NCBI GenBank assembly: GCA_964532095.1
Contig: CAZHGK010000006.1
Span: 1-42,013, forward strand
Reading direction: 5' to 3'
Length of the DNA: 42,013 bases
From: an uncultured Planctomycetales bacterium
GTDB lineage: Bacteria; Omnitrophota; Gorgyraeia; Zapsychrales; Fredricksoniimonadaceae
The first letter of the stretch is position 1. Each line of letters opens with the position of its first letter. The position numbers and the translations under genes were made by a program. Shown piece after piece: positions 36,396-42,013 of the stretch. The notes under the pieces are model-generated. The model saw only the letters and a program-made list of their open reading frames with translations. It did no database searches and was not told the DNA's origin.

Positions 36396-36748
36396 AACTG
36401 TTGTTGGGCGTAGGTTTCAATTTTCTTTAGAATTTCCAACGCTGATTGCGAAGGTTGTTCAAATTGCACCCGTATTTCGTAAATTAAACCTTCAATCTTG
36501 ACAATGCTTTGTAAGACGCTGCCTTCCAAAAGTATTTTATCTGTAAGAAATGGTGTCGATAATTCGATCGAAACCTTGCTGTTTTCAACAATGGGTGCTG
36601 TGGCAATAAAGCTAACGCCTCCTTGGCTTATGTTATTAAGCTGGGAAACCTCAAATTTTTCCTTGGCATTATCCGTTAACCAATAGCTTAGGATAAAGTT
36701 ACGGTAGATGCGAGGATGCTGGCGTCTGTCTTTAAAGTCTTCTGGCAT
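36392..36748 (-). CDS. PilZ-domain protein
   Basis: RQHPR and NISQGG motifs. The start is set at the first ATG (36748) downstream of the tRNA-derived repeats. The longer ORF-track version runs through the tRNA-linked element and was discarded. Confidence 0.75.
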   Translation of the reverse strand: MPEDFKDRRQHPRIYRNFILSYWLTDNAKEKFEVSQLNNISQGGVSFIATAPIVENSKVSIELSTPFLTDKILLEGSVLQSIVKIEGLIYEIRVQFEQPSQSALEILKKIETYAQQQL

Positions 36749-36764
36749 AGGTGTAAAAGTCGGG

Positions 36765-36789
36765 TTATAAAGTCGGGACGGTGGGGCTT
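36765..36789 (-). repeat. Direct duplicate of the tRNA-Pro 3' end plus trailer
   Basis: The 25-nt TTATAAAGTCGGGACGGTGGGGCTT is identical to 36893-36917, at an offset of exactly 128 bp. A third partial copy, AAAGTCGGG, lies at 36755-36763. Confidence 0.95.
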
Positions 36790-36892
36790 CTTCTCCCCCG
36801 GTCTGACATTCGTCAGACCTCCTCCGAAGCCGGCCAGTCTCGCTTGTACCTGTGGCGCTCGACTTGGCTTCAAGCCCCGACAAAATATTATT
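36790..36892 (-). other. Structured ~100-nt element between tRNA-Pro and its 3'-end duplicate
   Basis: Minus-strand stems: GGGGCTT/AAGCCCC closing stem, CCA-GTC/GAC-TGG, CCG-GCTT-CGG, and GGTCTGAC-GAAT-GTCAGACC. Its 5' part, GGGGCTTGAA, is the reverse complement of the tRNA T-loop/stem TTCAAGCCCC. Confidence 0.6.
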
Positions 36893-36900
36893 TTATAAAG

Positions 36901-36975
36901 TCGGGACGGTGGGGCTTGAACCCACGACCTCTTGAACCCCATTCAAGTGCGCTAATCCAACTGCGCTACGTCCCG
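36901..36975 (-). tRNA. tRNA-Pro (anticodon GGG)
   Basis: Hand-folded cloverleaf: acceptor CGGGACG/CGTCCCG with A73, D-stem GCGC/GCGC, anticodon arm CTTGA-ATGGGGT-TCAAG (U33, GGG, G37), T-arm GTGGG-TTCAAGC-CCCAC. CCA is not encoded. Confidence 0.9.
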
Positions 36976-37009
36976 AACTCTAATATATAAAGTCTTTATA
37001 AAGAGCGGT

Positions 37010-37038
37010 ATTTTAACAGCTAAGGCAAATAGCGTCAA
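37010..37038 (-). promoter_or_regulatory. Sigma70-like promoter for tRNA-Pro
   Basis: On the minus strand: TTGACG (37038-37033), a 17-nt spacer, TAAAAT (37015-37010). This lies about 35 nt upstream of the tRNA 5' end. Confidence 0.55.
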
Positions 37039-37055
37039 CACATTAGAAAATTACG

Positions 37056-38060
37056 CTATTCGGCCTTGAGTTGGCGACCCATAAGGTCTGCGAGGGCTTT
37101 TTTAGGATTTTTACGCTGGAAAATGATCCGGTACACTTCTTCGGAGATAGGCATGGGAATCTTCATTTTAGCACTTAAACGGTAAACAGCCTTGGCGGTT
37201 TCTACTCCTTCTGCAACCGCATGCATGGATTTGGTAATAGTTGCAATGCTTTTGCCCCGGCCTAAGGCTTCTCCTACAGTACGGTTGCGGCTATTAGGAC
37301 TAAAACATGTGGTGGCTAAATCTCCTAATCCTGTTAAACCATAAAATGTTTCTTTTTTACCACCCAGGGCAATTCCCAGTCTGGCGATTTCAGCTAAACC
37401 ACGGGTTAAAATCGCAGCTTTGGCATTGGTCCCTAATCCTAAACCATCACAGACGCCACAGGCCAAAGCAATGACGTTTTTAATGCTGCCTCCGATTTCA
37501 ACACCAACGACATCAGTATTTGTATAAATTCTAAATTCTTGGGAATTAAACACATGGGCGATGGCTAATGCTAATTTTCCATCAGGACAGGCAACAACTG
37601 CTGTGGTGGCCTTACCCGTTGCTGTTTCACCAGCAATAGTTGGTCCTGACAGTACCGCTAATCGCACCTTACCTAAGGTTGAGGTGATAATTTGAGACAT
37701 TCGTTTAAAGGAAACAGGATCAATCCCTTTGATCACACTTAAAAATACTTTAGATGAGTAATCTGAATTTTTAATTTTTAATAATGTTTGCTCTAAATAT
37801 TGGGATGGGCAGGCTAAAACAACAAGCTCAGCGCCTTGAAGCGCTTCATCAATATTCGCAGTTAATGTAATTGAGGTTAGAATTTTAACATTGGGCAAGA
37901 ATCGCGAATTGATGCGTGTTTTTCTGACCTGGGCGACATAATCAGCAAAGGCGCCCCATAAAGTAACTTTGTATTTTTTTCGGGCTAGGTGAACTGCTAA
38001 GGTTGTTCCCCATCCTCCGTCGCCAATGATGGCGATTTTCTTAAATGAATTTGTTTTCAT
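37056..38060 (-). CDS. gpsA: NAD(P)H-dependent glycerol-3-phosphate dehydrogenase
   Basis: KIAIIGDGGWGTTLA Rossmann motif and a GpsA-like body. The start is set at the ATG at 38060 (MKTNSF...), which removes the overlap with the upstream TPR gene. Confidence 0.9.
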   Translation of the reverse strand: MKTNSFKKIAIIGDGGWGTTLAVHLARKKYKVTLWGAFADYVAQVRKTRINSRFLPNVKILTSITLTANIDEALQGAELVVLACPSQYLEQTLLKIKNSDYSSKVFLSVIKGIDPVSFKRMSQIITSTLGKVRLAVLSGPTIAGETATGKATTAVVACPDGKLALAIAHVFNSQEFRIYTNTDVVGVEIGGSIKNVIALACGVCDGLGLGTNAKAAILTRGLAEIARLGIALGGKKETFYGLTGLGDLATTCFSPNSRNRTVGEALGRGKSIATITKSMHAVAEGVETAKAVYRLSAKMKIPMPISEEVYRIIFQRKNPKKALADLMGRQLKAE

Positions 38061-38062
38061 GT

Positions 38063-38974
38063 TTAAAAGAACCTCGGTTGAATATTTTTGTCGTAAGGTG
38101 CCCATTCCCCATTTTTAGCATTCAATAACAGGAAAATCTTTTGTAACTCTTGAGCTTGTTCATCCGCGCCCTGTGATTTGTAAATCTTCGATAAATACAA
38201 ATAAATCATGGGGTTATTCTTATCTAATTTTAGACTTTTGTCAAAGAATGCCACTGCCTTGTCCCACTGGTTTAGTTCCAGGCATGCCCTTCCTGCATAA
38301 AAATAGTAAGCATCCATATAGGGCAGATTTTGTTCCATGGCTGCAATCGAAAATTCCAGCATTTTAGGGTAATTGCCAATTTTTTCACAAGCCGCAATGA
38401 TTAATAACAAGGCTTGAGCTTTTGCATTTCTAATTCCTTGGTTGAATTCAGGACGAAATTTTTGGGAAAAGAATATTTGTCGATAAATAATTGAATCCTC
38501 CATAAACTTGATTGTCATATCTGTACTAAAAGATGAAGCTGCTAATAAGTTTTCAATAGCTTGAGAGTAATGTTGTTGCTGATATTCCAAGAGGCCTAAA
38601 TTAAAATGGCTCCAGAAAAACATGGGGCTTTCTAGAGATTGTTGAAAATATTCGGCTGCTTTTTGAAGATTGCCTTCTTGGGTGTAAACATAACCTAAAA
38701 ACAATTGCGCTGTTGGTTCGTTGGGGATATAACTTAAAATCAGTTGAAAGTAGTTTTTTAAATCTCTCCAGGAAACATACTGTTTAGAAATTTTATGTTC
38801 ATTAAAAAGAAGAAGTTCGCTAAAGTTGGGTCGGCTGTCATTTAAACGTCTAGCTTTCACTCGTTCAATGGTTTTAGAGACATCAACACAGGTGAAAATA
38901 AAAATAGCCATGAAGATATATAAAATACCCGCTCGGTTTGAAATCCATTGGCATATATTTCTTAGCGAACCCAT
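38063..38974 (-). CDS. Membrane-anchored TPR-repeat protein
   Basis: An N-terminal TM helix (GILYIFMAIFIFTCV) followed by several TPR-like repeats (A..YF..SL, Y.GRA...L..W..A...F..SL). Confidence 0.75.
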   Translation of the reverse strand: MGSLRNICQWISNRAGILYIFMAIFIFTCVDVSKTIERVKARRLNDSRPNFSELLLFNEHKISKQYVSWRDLKNYFQLILSYIPNEPTAQLFLGYVYTQEGNLQKAAEYFQQSLESPMFFWSHFNLGLLEYQQQHYSQAIENLLAASSFSTDMTIKFMEDSIIYRQIFFSQKFRPEFNQGIRNAKAQALLLIIAACEKIGNYPKMLEFSIAAMEQNLPYMDAYYFYAGRACLELNQWDKAVAFFDKSLKLDKNNPMIYLYLSKIYKSQGADEQAQELQKIFLLLNAKNGEWAPYDKNIQPRFF

Positions 38975-41076
38975 GAAAGATCCTTTATAGAAAAGAATAG
39001 CAAAATGATCAAGGTTCCAGCAAATATAATAATTAGTGTATATGAATAAAAATACCTAATGGGGTTTGCGAAATGTAAAGCCACCGTTGATTCTCCAGCA
39101 GGAATCCAGACACCTTTAAATGCTATGTTTGCGCGATACAATTTAGTTGGTTGATTATTAACGAAGGCATGCCACTGACTATTATAGGCATCATGAATAA
39201 CCAAAAATTGTTGCCGTTTCAAATTAGTTTTTATTACAAGATCATTAGCAGTAAATCGAATTACTTTAAATGAAGGCCCATCTTTTGTAATAAATTGAGG
39301 ATGGTCATTGGTAAGATTAAATCTTTTTAAATCTTCAGCTGCAAATTGAGAATTAGGAATATAAGCAATGTTTTGATTTTTTCGTATAACATCTAAATAT
39401 TTTTTAATTCCCTCTGCTGATTCTGAATATGGTAATGCTTGATCATAAAGAATAAATTTATGATTTAGAAAGAAATCCAGCGTGTCAGGTGTCATATTGT
39501 TAAACAATAAAGCAAAATAAGATGAAGAATAATAAACGCTAAATTGTAGGTTTTTAATGAATGCGTCTTTCTGAGATGTTTCTTTTAGTTGAATATTTGC
39601 TGTTTTGTAAGGATGATTGTAATCAATTTTTGGAATAAATTGTTCAGAGCCTTTGAAAAATGTGTTTTGACAGACAAAATGAGTGACTGCGGCTGATTGA
39701 AGCACAATGGAAGTTAGAATAAGAGCGTAACATGCTAAAGATAATGGATTCCTGCCCAAAATAGCCACTATAAAAAATAGCCAGCTCAAAATAATAGCAG
39801 CCCATGTTTGCCAGATGACATTTTGCTGAAATAATAGAAATATGATAAGAATTGCGTGAATTACAGTAATCCATATTGTTAAAGGAATTGCTTTTAAAGG
39901 AAGTTCATTAAAAAAAGAACGTAAAGCTGATGCCACCCATAAAATTGCCATTGGTAAAATAGCCAACCAGAAGAAATAATAAATATTGCGGATAAATTTG
40001 AAGAAATATACATGATCATATAGGAATTGATGAATATGTGCTGATTGAGTAATTGTAATGAGCAGCAGGCAAATGGTATTTAAAAACAGAAAAATGAGCA
40101 TGCGGTTAATTTTAGCAATAGAGACACATAAAAGGATGGAAAAGAAAACGATGGGAATGAAGAAATCTGCCAAGGTCATTAATGAATGGCTGGAAAAAAT
40201 ACGATCAAAGAATCCATGGTTGACAATATCCCCACTTGCAACGTTCTTAATGCTTACGGCAACGGCTGAGGCGACATCTGCTCCTGCATTACGGTTAGGC
40301 ATTACAAATTCGCCTGCTTTTGATTCTTTATAAAAGAAATATCCTGGTAATAATGACAAACATAAAAATAACATGCATCCACTGGATAATAAACGATTGT
40401 TTGTGATGAATGACTGTGATTTATTTATAATCTTGCATATGTAATCGAAATAAATAACCATAGCAAGAATTGAGAAAATTGCGAATATGGTCAGAAAATA
40501 GAATGGAATATATGTTGTAAAGATTATTCCTAAGCAGAAAAATATACCTAAAAATTGATGGCGTCGGTAACCATGAAAAAACGACAATAAGAAATAAAAG
40601 AACCAAATAATAGGAACAAAAATTAAAATTATGTAATTATTAAAAAGTTGGGATCCAAAGTTGGAAAATAATAAAAGCATGTAGGCGATCGATGCATAAA
40701 TTCTTTCATTACGAAATAAAATACATGCGATTAAATAAAAGGCATACATTCCCAGAAAATAGTATCCAGCTAAAAATATTAAATAAGCGCTTTGGTGGGA
40801 AACTCCGCATATTTTAAGTAGCGTTATAATCAGATAAAACGGATTTACATCCCCTATCCGTCTTAAAAAGAAATTATAGGGCGAGCCGTTTTCCCAGAAA
40901 GGATGCCATAAAGGGTAAACCCCCTGGCTTAAATTGTCGGTATAAAAGCCTATATGTTCAAAATAAGAAACAGCATCAGATTCTAAGTGCAGTGTGCCTG
41001 ACCAAAAATTGGTATAAAGGGAAAGCCAAATAAGGTAAGGAAGTAAAATAAAAAGAAGAAATTTTCTTATTTCCAT
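38962..41076 (-). CDS. Polytopic membrane protein, putative GT-C-type glycosyltransferase (YfhO/ArnT-like)
   Basis: More than 10 predicted TM helices over about 470 aa, then a soluble C-terminal domain. It overlaps a GT2 polyprenyl-phosphate glycosyltransferase-like gene, the usual GT2 + GT-C pairing. Confidence 0.6.
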   Translation of the reverse strand: MEIRKFLLFILLPYLIWLSLYTNFWSGTLHLESDAVSYFEHIGFYTDNLSQGVYPLWHPFWENGSPYNFFLRRIGDVNPFYLIITLLKICGVSHQSAYLIFLAGYYFLGMYAFYLIACILFRNERIYASIAYMLLLFSNFGSQLFNNYIILIFVPIIWFFYFLLSFFHGYRRHQFLGIFFCLGIIFTTYIPFYFLTIFAIFSILAMVIYFDYICKIINKSQSFITNNRLLSSGCMLFLCLSLLPGYFFYKESKAGEFVMPNRNAGADVASAVAVSIKNVASGDIVNHGFFDRIFSSHSLMTLADFFIPIVFFSILLCVSIAKINRMLIFLFLNTICLLLITITQSAHIHQFLYDHVYFFKFIRNIYYFFWLAILPMAILWVASALRSFFNELPLKAIPLTIWITVIHAILIIFLLFQQNVIWQTWAAIILSWLFFIVAILGRNPLSLACYALILTSIVLQSAAVTHFVCQNTFFKGSEQFIPKIDYNHPYKTANIQLKETSQKDAFIKNLQFSVYYSSSYFALLFNNMTPDTLDFFLNHKFILYDQALPYSESAEGIKKYLDVIRKNQNIAYIPNSQFAAEDLKRFNLTNDHPQFITKDGPSFKVIRFTANDLVIKTNLKRQQFLVIHDAYNSQWHAFVNNQPTKLYRANIAFKGVWIPAGESTVALHFANPIRYFYSYTLIIIFAGTLIILLFFSIKDLSWVR

Positions 41077-41771
41077 ATAAATAGTTCACGCCATACTTCG
41101 AACATGTAGGCAGCGCCCCATTTTAATACCTGCAGCTTGCGTTCGCCCCCTTCACGGACAGGTTCGTCCCCAGGGATGTCTGCTACCTTTAATTTTCGTT
41201 TAGCAGCGCGGATGGATAATAAAGGTTCCCAACTGATTTTAGTGCGGAAAAGTTTTTCTTCAAAGGAATAACTGGCGTCCTTATCCAAATCGAGTTCTGT
41301 AATCAATTTTTTATTATAGATGCGATAAATGACCATGGCATCGGTGTATTTTGCCCGATGTAAAATATTGATCGTTGTGGTAAATAATTTGTTGCCAAAT
41401 GATGTGACGGCATCGTCGTCATAGCTTTTTGCTCCCTGGGCATACCGGGAAACGATCACCATGTCATAGCCTTCTTTATATTTGGCGATACAGACGGGAA
41501 TTAATTCAGGGATTGAATTGCCATCAGGGCTGAATGTTAAGATCACATCCCCTTTAATATGGGGCAAGGCATCCATGTAAGCGCCACGAATACCTGGTGT
41601 GATTTGAATGACGACGTCATACCCCATTTCACGGGCAATGGCAACAGTATCATCTTTGGATTTACCATCTACGACAAGGATTTGGTCAACCCATTCTTTT
41701 TTCACCTTGGGCATGACTGTGCGCATGCCTACGGCTTCGTTTAATGTGGGGATAAGGAGCGTAACTTTCAT
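41067..41771 (-). CDS. Family 2 glycosyltransferase (polyprenyl-phosphate sugar synthase-like)
   Basis: LLIPTLNE...VVDGKSKDDT...SPDGN are typical GT2 DxD-type motifs. Confidence 0.85.
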   Translation of the reverse strand: MKVTLLIPTLNEAVGMRTVMPKVKKEWVDQILVVDGKSKDDTVAIAREMGYDVVIQITPGIRGAYMDALPHIKGDVILTFSPDGNSIPELIPVCIAKYKEGYDMVIVSRYAQGAKSYDDDAVTSFGNKLFTTTINILHRAKYTDAMVIYRIYNKKLITELDLDKDASYSFEEKLFRTKISWEPLLSIRAAKRKLKVADIPGDEPVREGGERKLQVLKWGAAYMFEVWRELFIWK

Positions 41772-41823
41772 AGTGGTTTATTATAGGGAAATATAAAGGG
41801 GACTGTTACTATTTTTGAAGAAT

Positions 41824-41852
41824 TATATATTGGAGCGGGCTTAAGAGAATCG
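41824..41852 (-). repeat. Direct duplicate of the tRNA-Gly 3' end (T-arm 3' half, acceptor, CCA, trailer)
   Basis: TATATAT-TGGAGCGGGC-TTA-AGAGAATCG compared with 41951-41979 TATATATC-TGGAGCGGGC-GG-AGAGAATCG. The TGGAGCGGGC cores are exactly 128 bp apart (41831 and 41959). Confidence 0.9.
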
Positions 41853-41950
41853 GCACCTTCGCTCACTTTGTTCGCTTCAGGTTGGCCCCCCGCTCTATGA
41901 ATTGCTCTTATTCATCGCAATTCATAAACAGAGCTCCTTTCGATTCTCTT
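41853..41950 (-). other. Structured ~100-nt element between tRNA-Gly and its 3'-end duplicate
   Basis: On the minus strand, AAGAGAATCG (plus-strand 41941-41950) pairs perfectly with CGATTCTCTT in the duplicate. There is an internal 13-bp hairpin CTCT..ATGAATTGC/GCAATTCAT-AGAG. GAGCGGG can pair with CCCGCTC like an acceptor stem. Confidence 0.55.
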
Positions 41951-41958
41951 TATATATC

Positions 41959-42013
41959 TGGAGCGGGCGGAGAGAATCGAACCCTCGCTACTAGCTTGGA
42001 AGGCTAGAGTTCT
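41959..42013 (-). tRNA. tRNA-Gly (anticodon UCC), 5' part cut by the window edge
   Basis: The visible 3' 55 nt fold as anticodon arm CTAGC-CTTCCAA-GCTAG (U33, TCC), T-arm GAGGG-TTCGATT-CTCTC, acceptor 3' strand CGCCCGC, discriminator T, and an encoded CCA. Confidence 0.85.

Noticed and set aside
36790-36892. SRP (4.5S) RNA or a hammerhead ribozyme in the tRNA-Pro-linked element
   Set aside because: ATGTCAGACCGGGGGAGAAGAAGC superficially resembles the SRP domain IV string GUCAGGUCCGGAAGGAAGCAGC, and CTGACGA fits the hammerhead CUGANGA box. However, I could find no GNRA-capped helix 8 geometry, and no GAAA or matching helix I/III. Both matches are too weak to call without a covariance-model search.
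36773-36892. A second, degenerate tRNA gene (tandem tRNA-Pro copy) ending at the duplicated 3' end
   Set aside because: The 75 nt upstream of the duplicate share no similarity with tRNA-Pro beyond the repeat. The strongest hairpin has a 4-nt loop on an 8-bp stem, which is incompatible with an anticodon arm. No D-arm or acceptor 5' strand (CGGGACG) is present.
36688-36990. ORF-track ORFs 36688-36942(-), 36716-36898(+) and 36781-36990(+), and the N-terminal 45 codons of 36392-36883(-)
   Set aside because: They run through tRNA-Pro and its repeat-bounded element. The repeated APPSRLY peptide simply reflects the duplicated DNA. They have no RBS and no recognisable domains.
36773-41935. Mini-ORFs with strong SD inside both tRNA-linked elements as leader peptides. 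One is GGAGGAGG-N8-ATG encoding MSDRGRRSPTVPTL (about 36773-36829, minus strand). The other is AAGGAG-N8-ATG encoding MNCDE (about 41907-41938, minus strand).
   Set aside because: Their positions within the two elements differ. The peptides share nothing and are not enriched in Thr, Val or Ile codons as an attenuation leader for the downstream operon would be. They are noted only as a coincidence to re-examine if the elements prove to be transcribed.
1-42013. CRISPR array, integrase, transposase or prophage genes that would explain the accessory region
   Set aside because: I saw no spaced repeat array of CRISPR type and no ORF with recombinase or transposase motifs. The only tandem repeat is the 12-bp iteron array at 14675-14730, which has no spacers.

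Overview
Bacterial chromosomal window, roughly 35-40% G+C by eye; the taxon cannot be told from the sequence alone. It has two contrasting parts.

(1) About 0.8-15.4 kb is an accessory, defence-type island. It holds an HTH/Fic pair (mobile mystery protein A/B type), a Cas4-like PD-(D/E)XK nuclease, and a seven-gene co-directional block with overlapping or near-abutting stop/start codons: hsdR, hsdM, hsdS, an OLD-family ATPase-Toprim nuclease, a UvrD-like helicase (Gabija-like / class 2 OLD pair), a compositionally foreign 186-aa orphan, and RhuM. On the opposite strand are a class II Fic protein preceded by a 5-copy iteron array, and a DUF45/M48 metallopeptidase. No integrase, transposase or CRISPR array is visible.

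(2) About 15.4-42 kb is mostly minus-strand housekeeping:
- Nudix, MscS, PNPOx-like, XdhC, cyclophilin and MocA.
- A vapBC cassette flanked by 27-nt direct repeats.
- A three-subunit molybdenum hydroxylase.
- A long operon: two PilZ genes, hom, thrC, coaB, an ApgM-like gene (proposed alternative homoserine kinase), lysC, cimA, valS, nadC.
- gpsA, a TPR protein, and a GT-C-like membrane protein with a GT2 glycosyltransferase.

The most unusual non-coding signal involves two unrelated tRNA genes, tRNA-Pro(GGG) and tRNA-Gly(UCC). Each is followed, at exactly 128 bp offset, by a direct duplication of its own 3' end. Each intervening ~100 nt begins with an inverted copy of the tRNA T-arm and folds into multi-hairpin structures. 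This could be a mini integrative-element footprint or a tRNA-linked structured RNA; I cannot decide which from sequence alone.

The best candidates for an undescribed system are the R-M/OLD/UvrD/orphan/RhuM operon and the tRNA-linked 128-bp elements.
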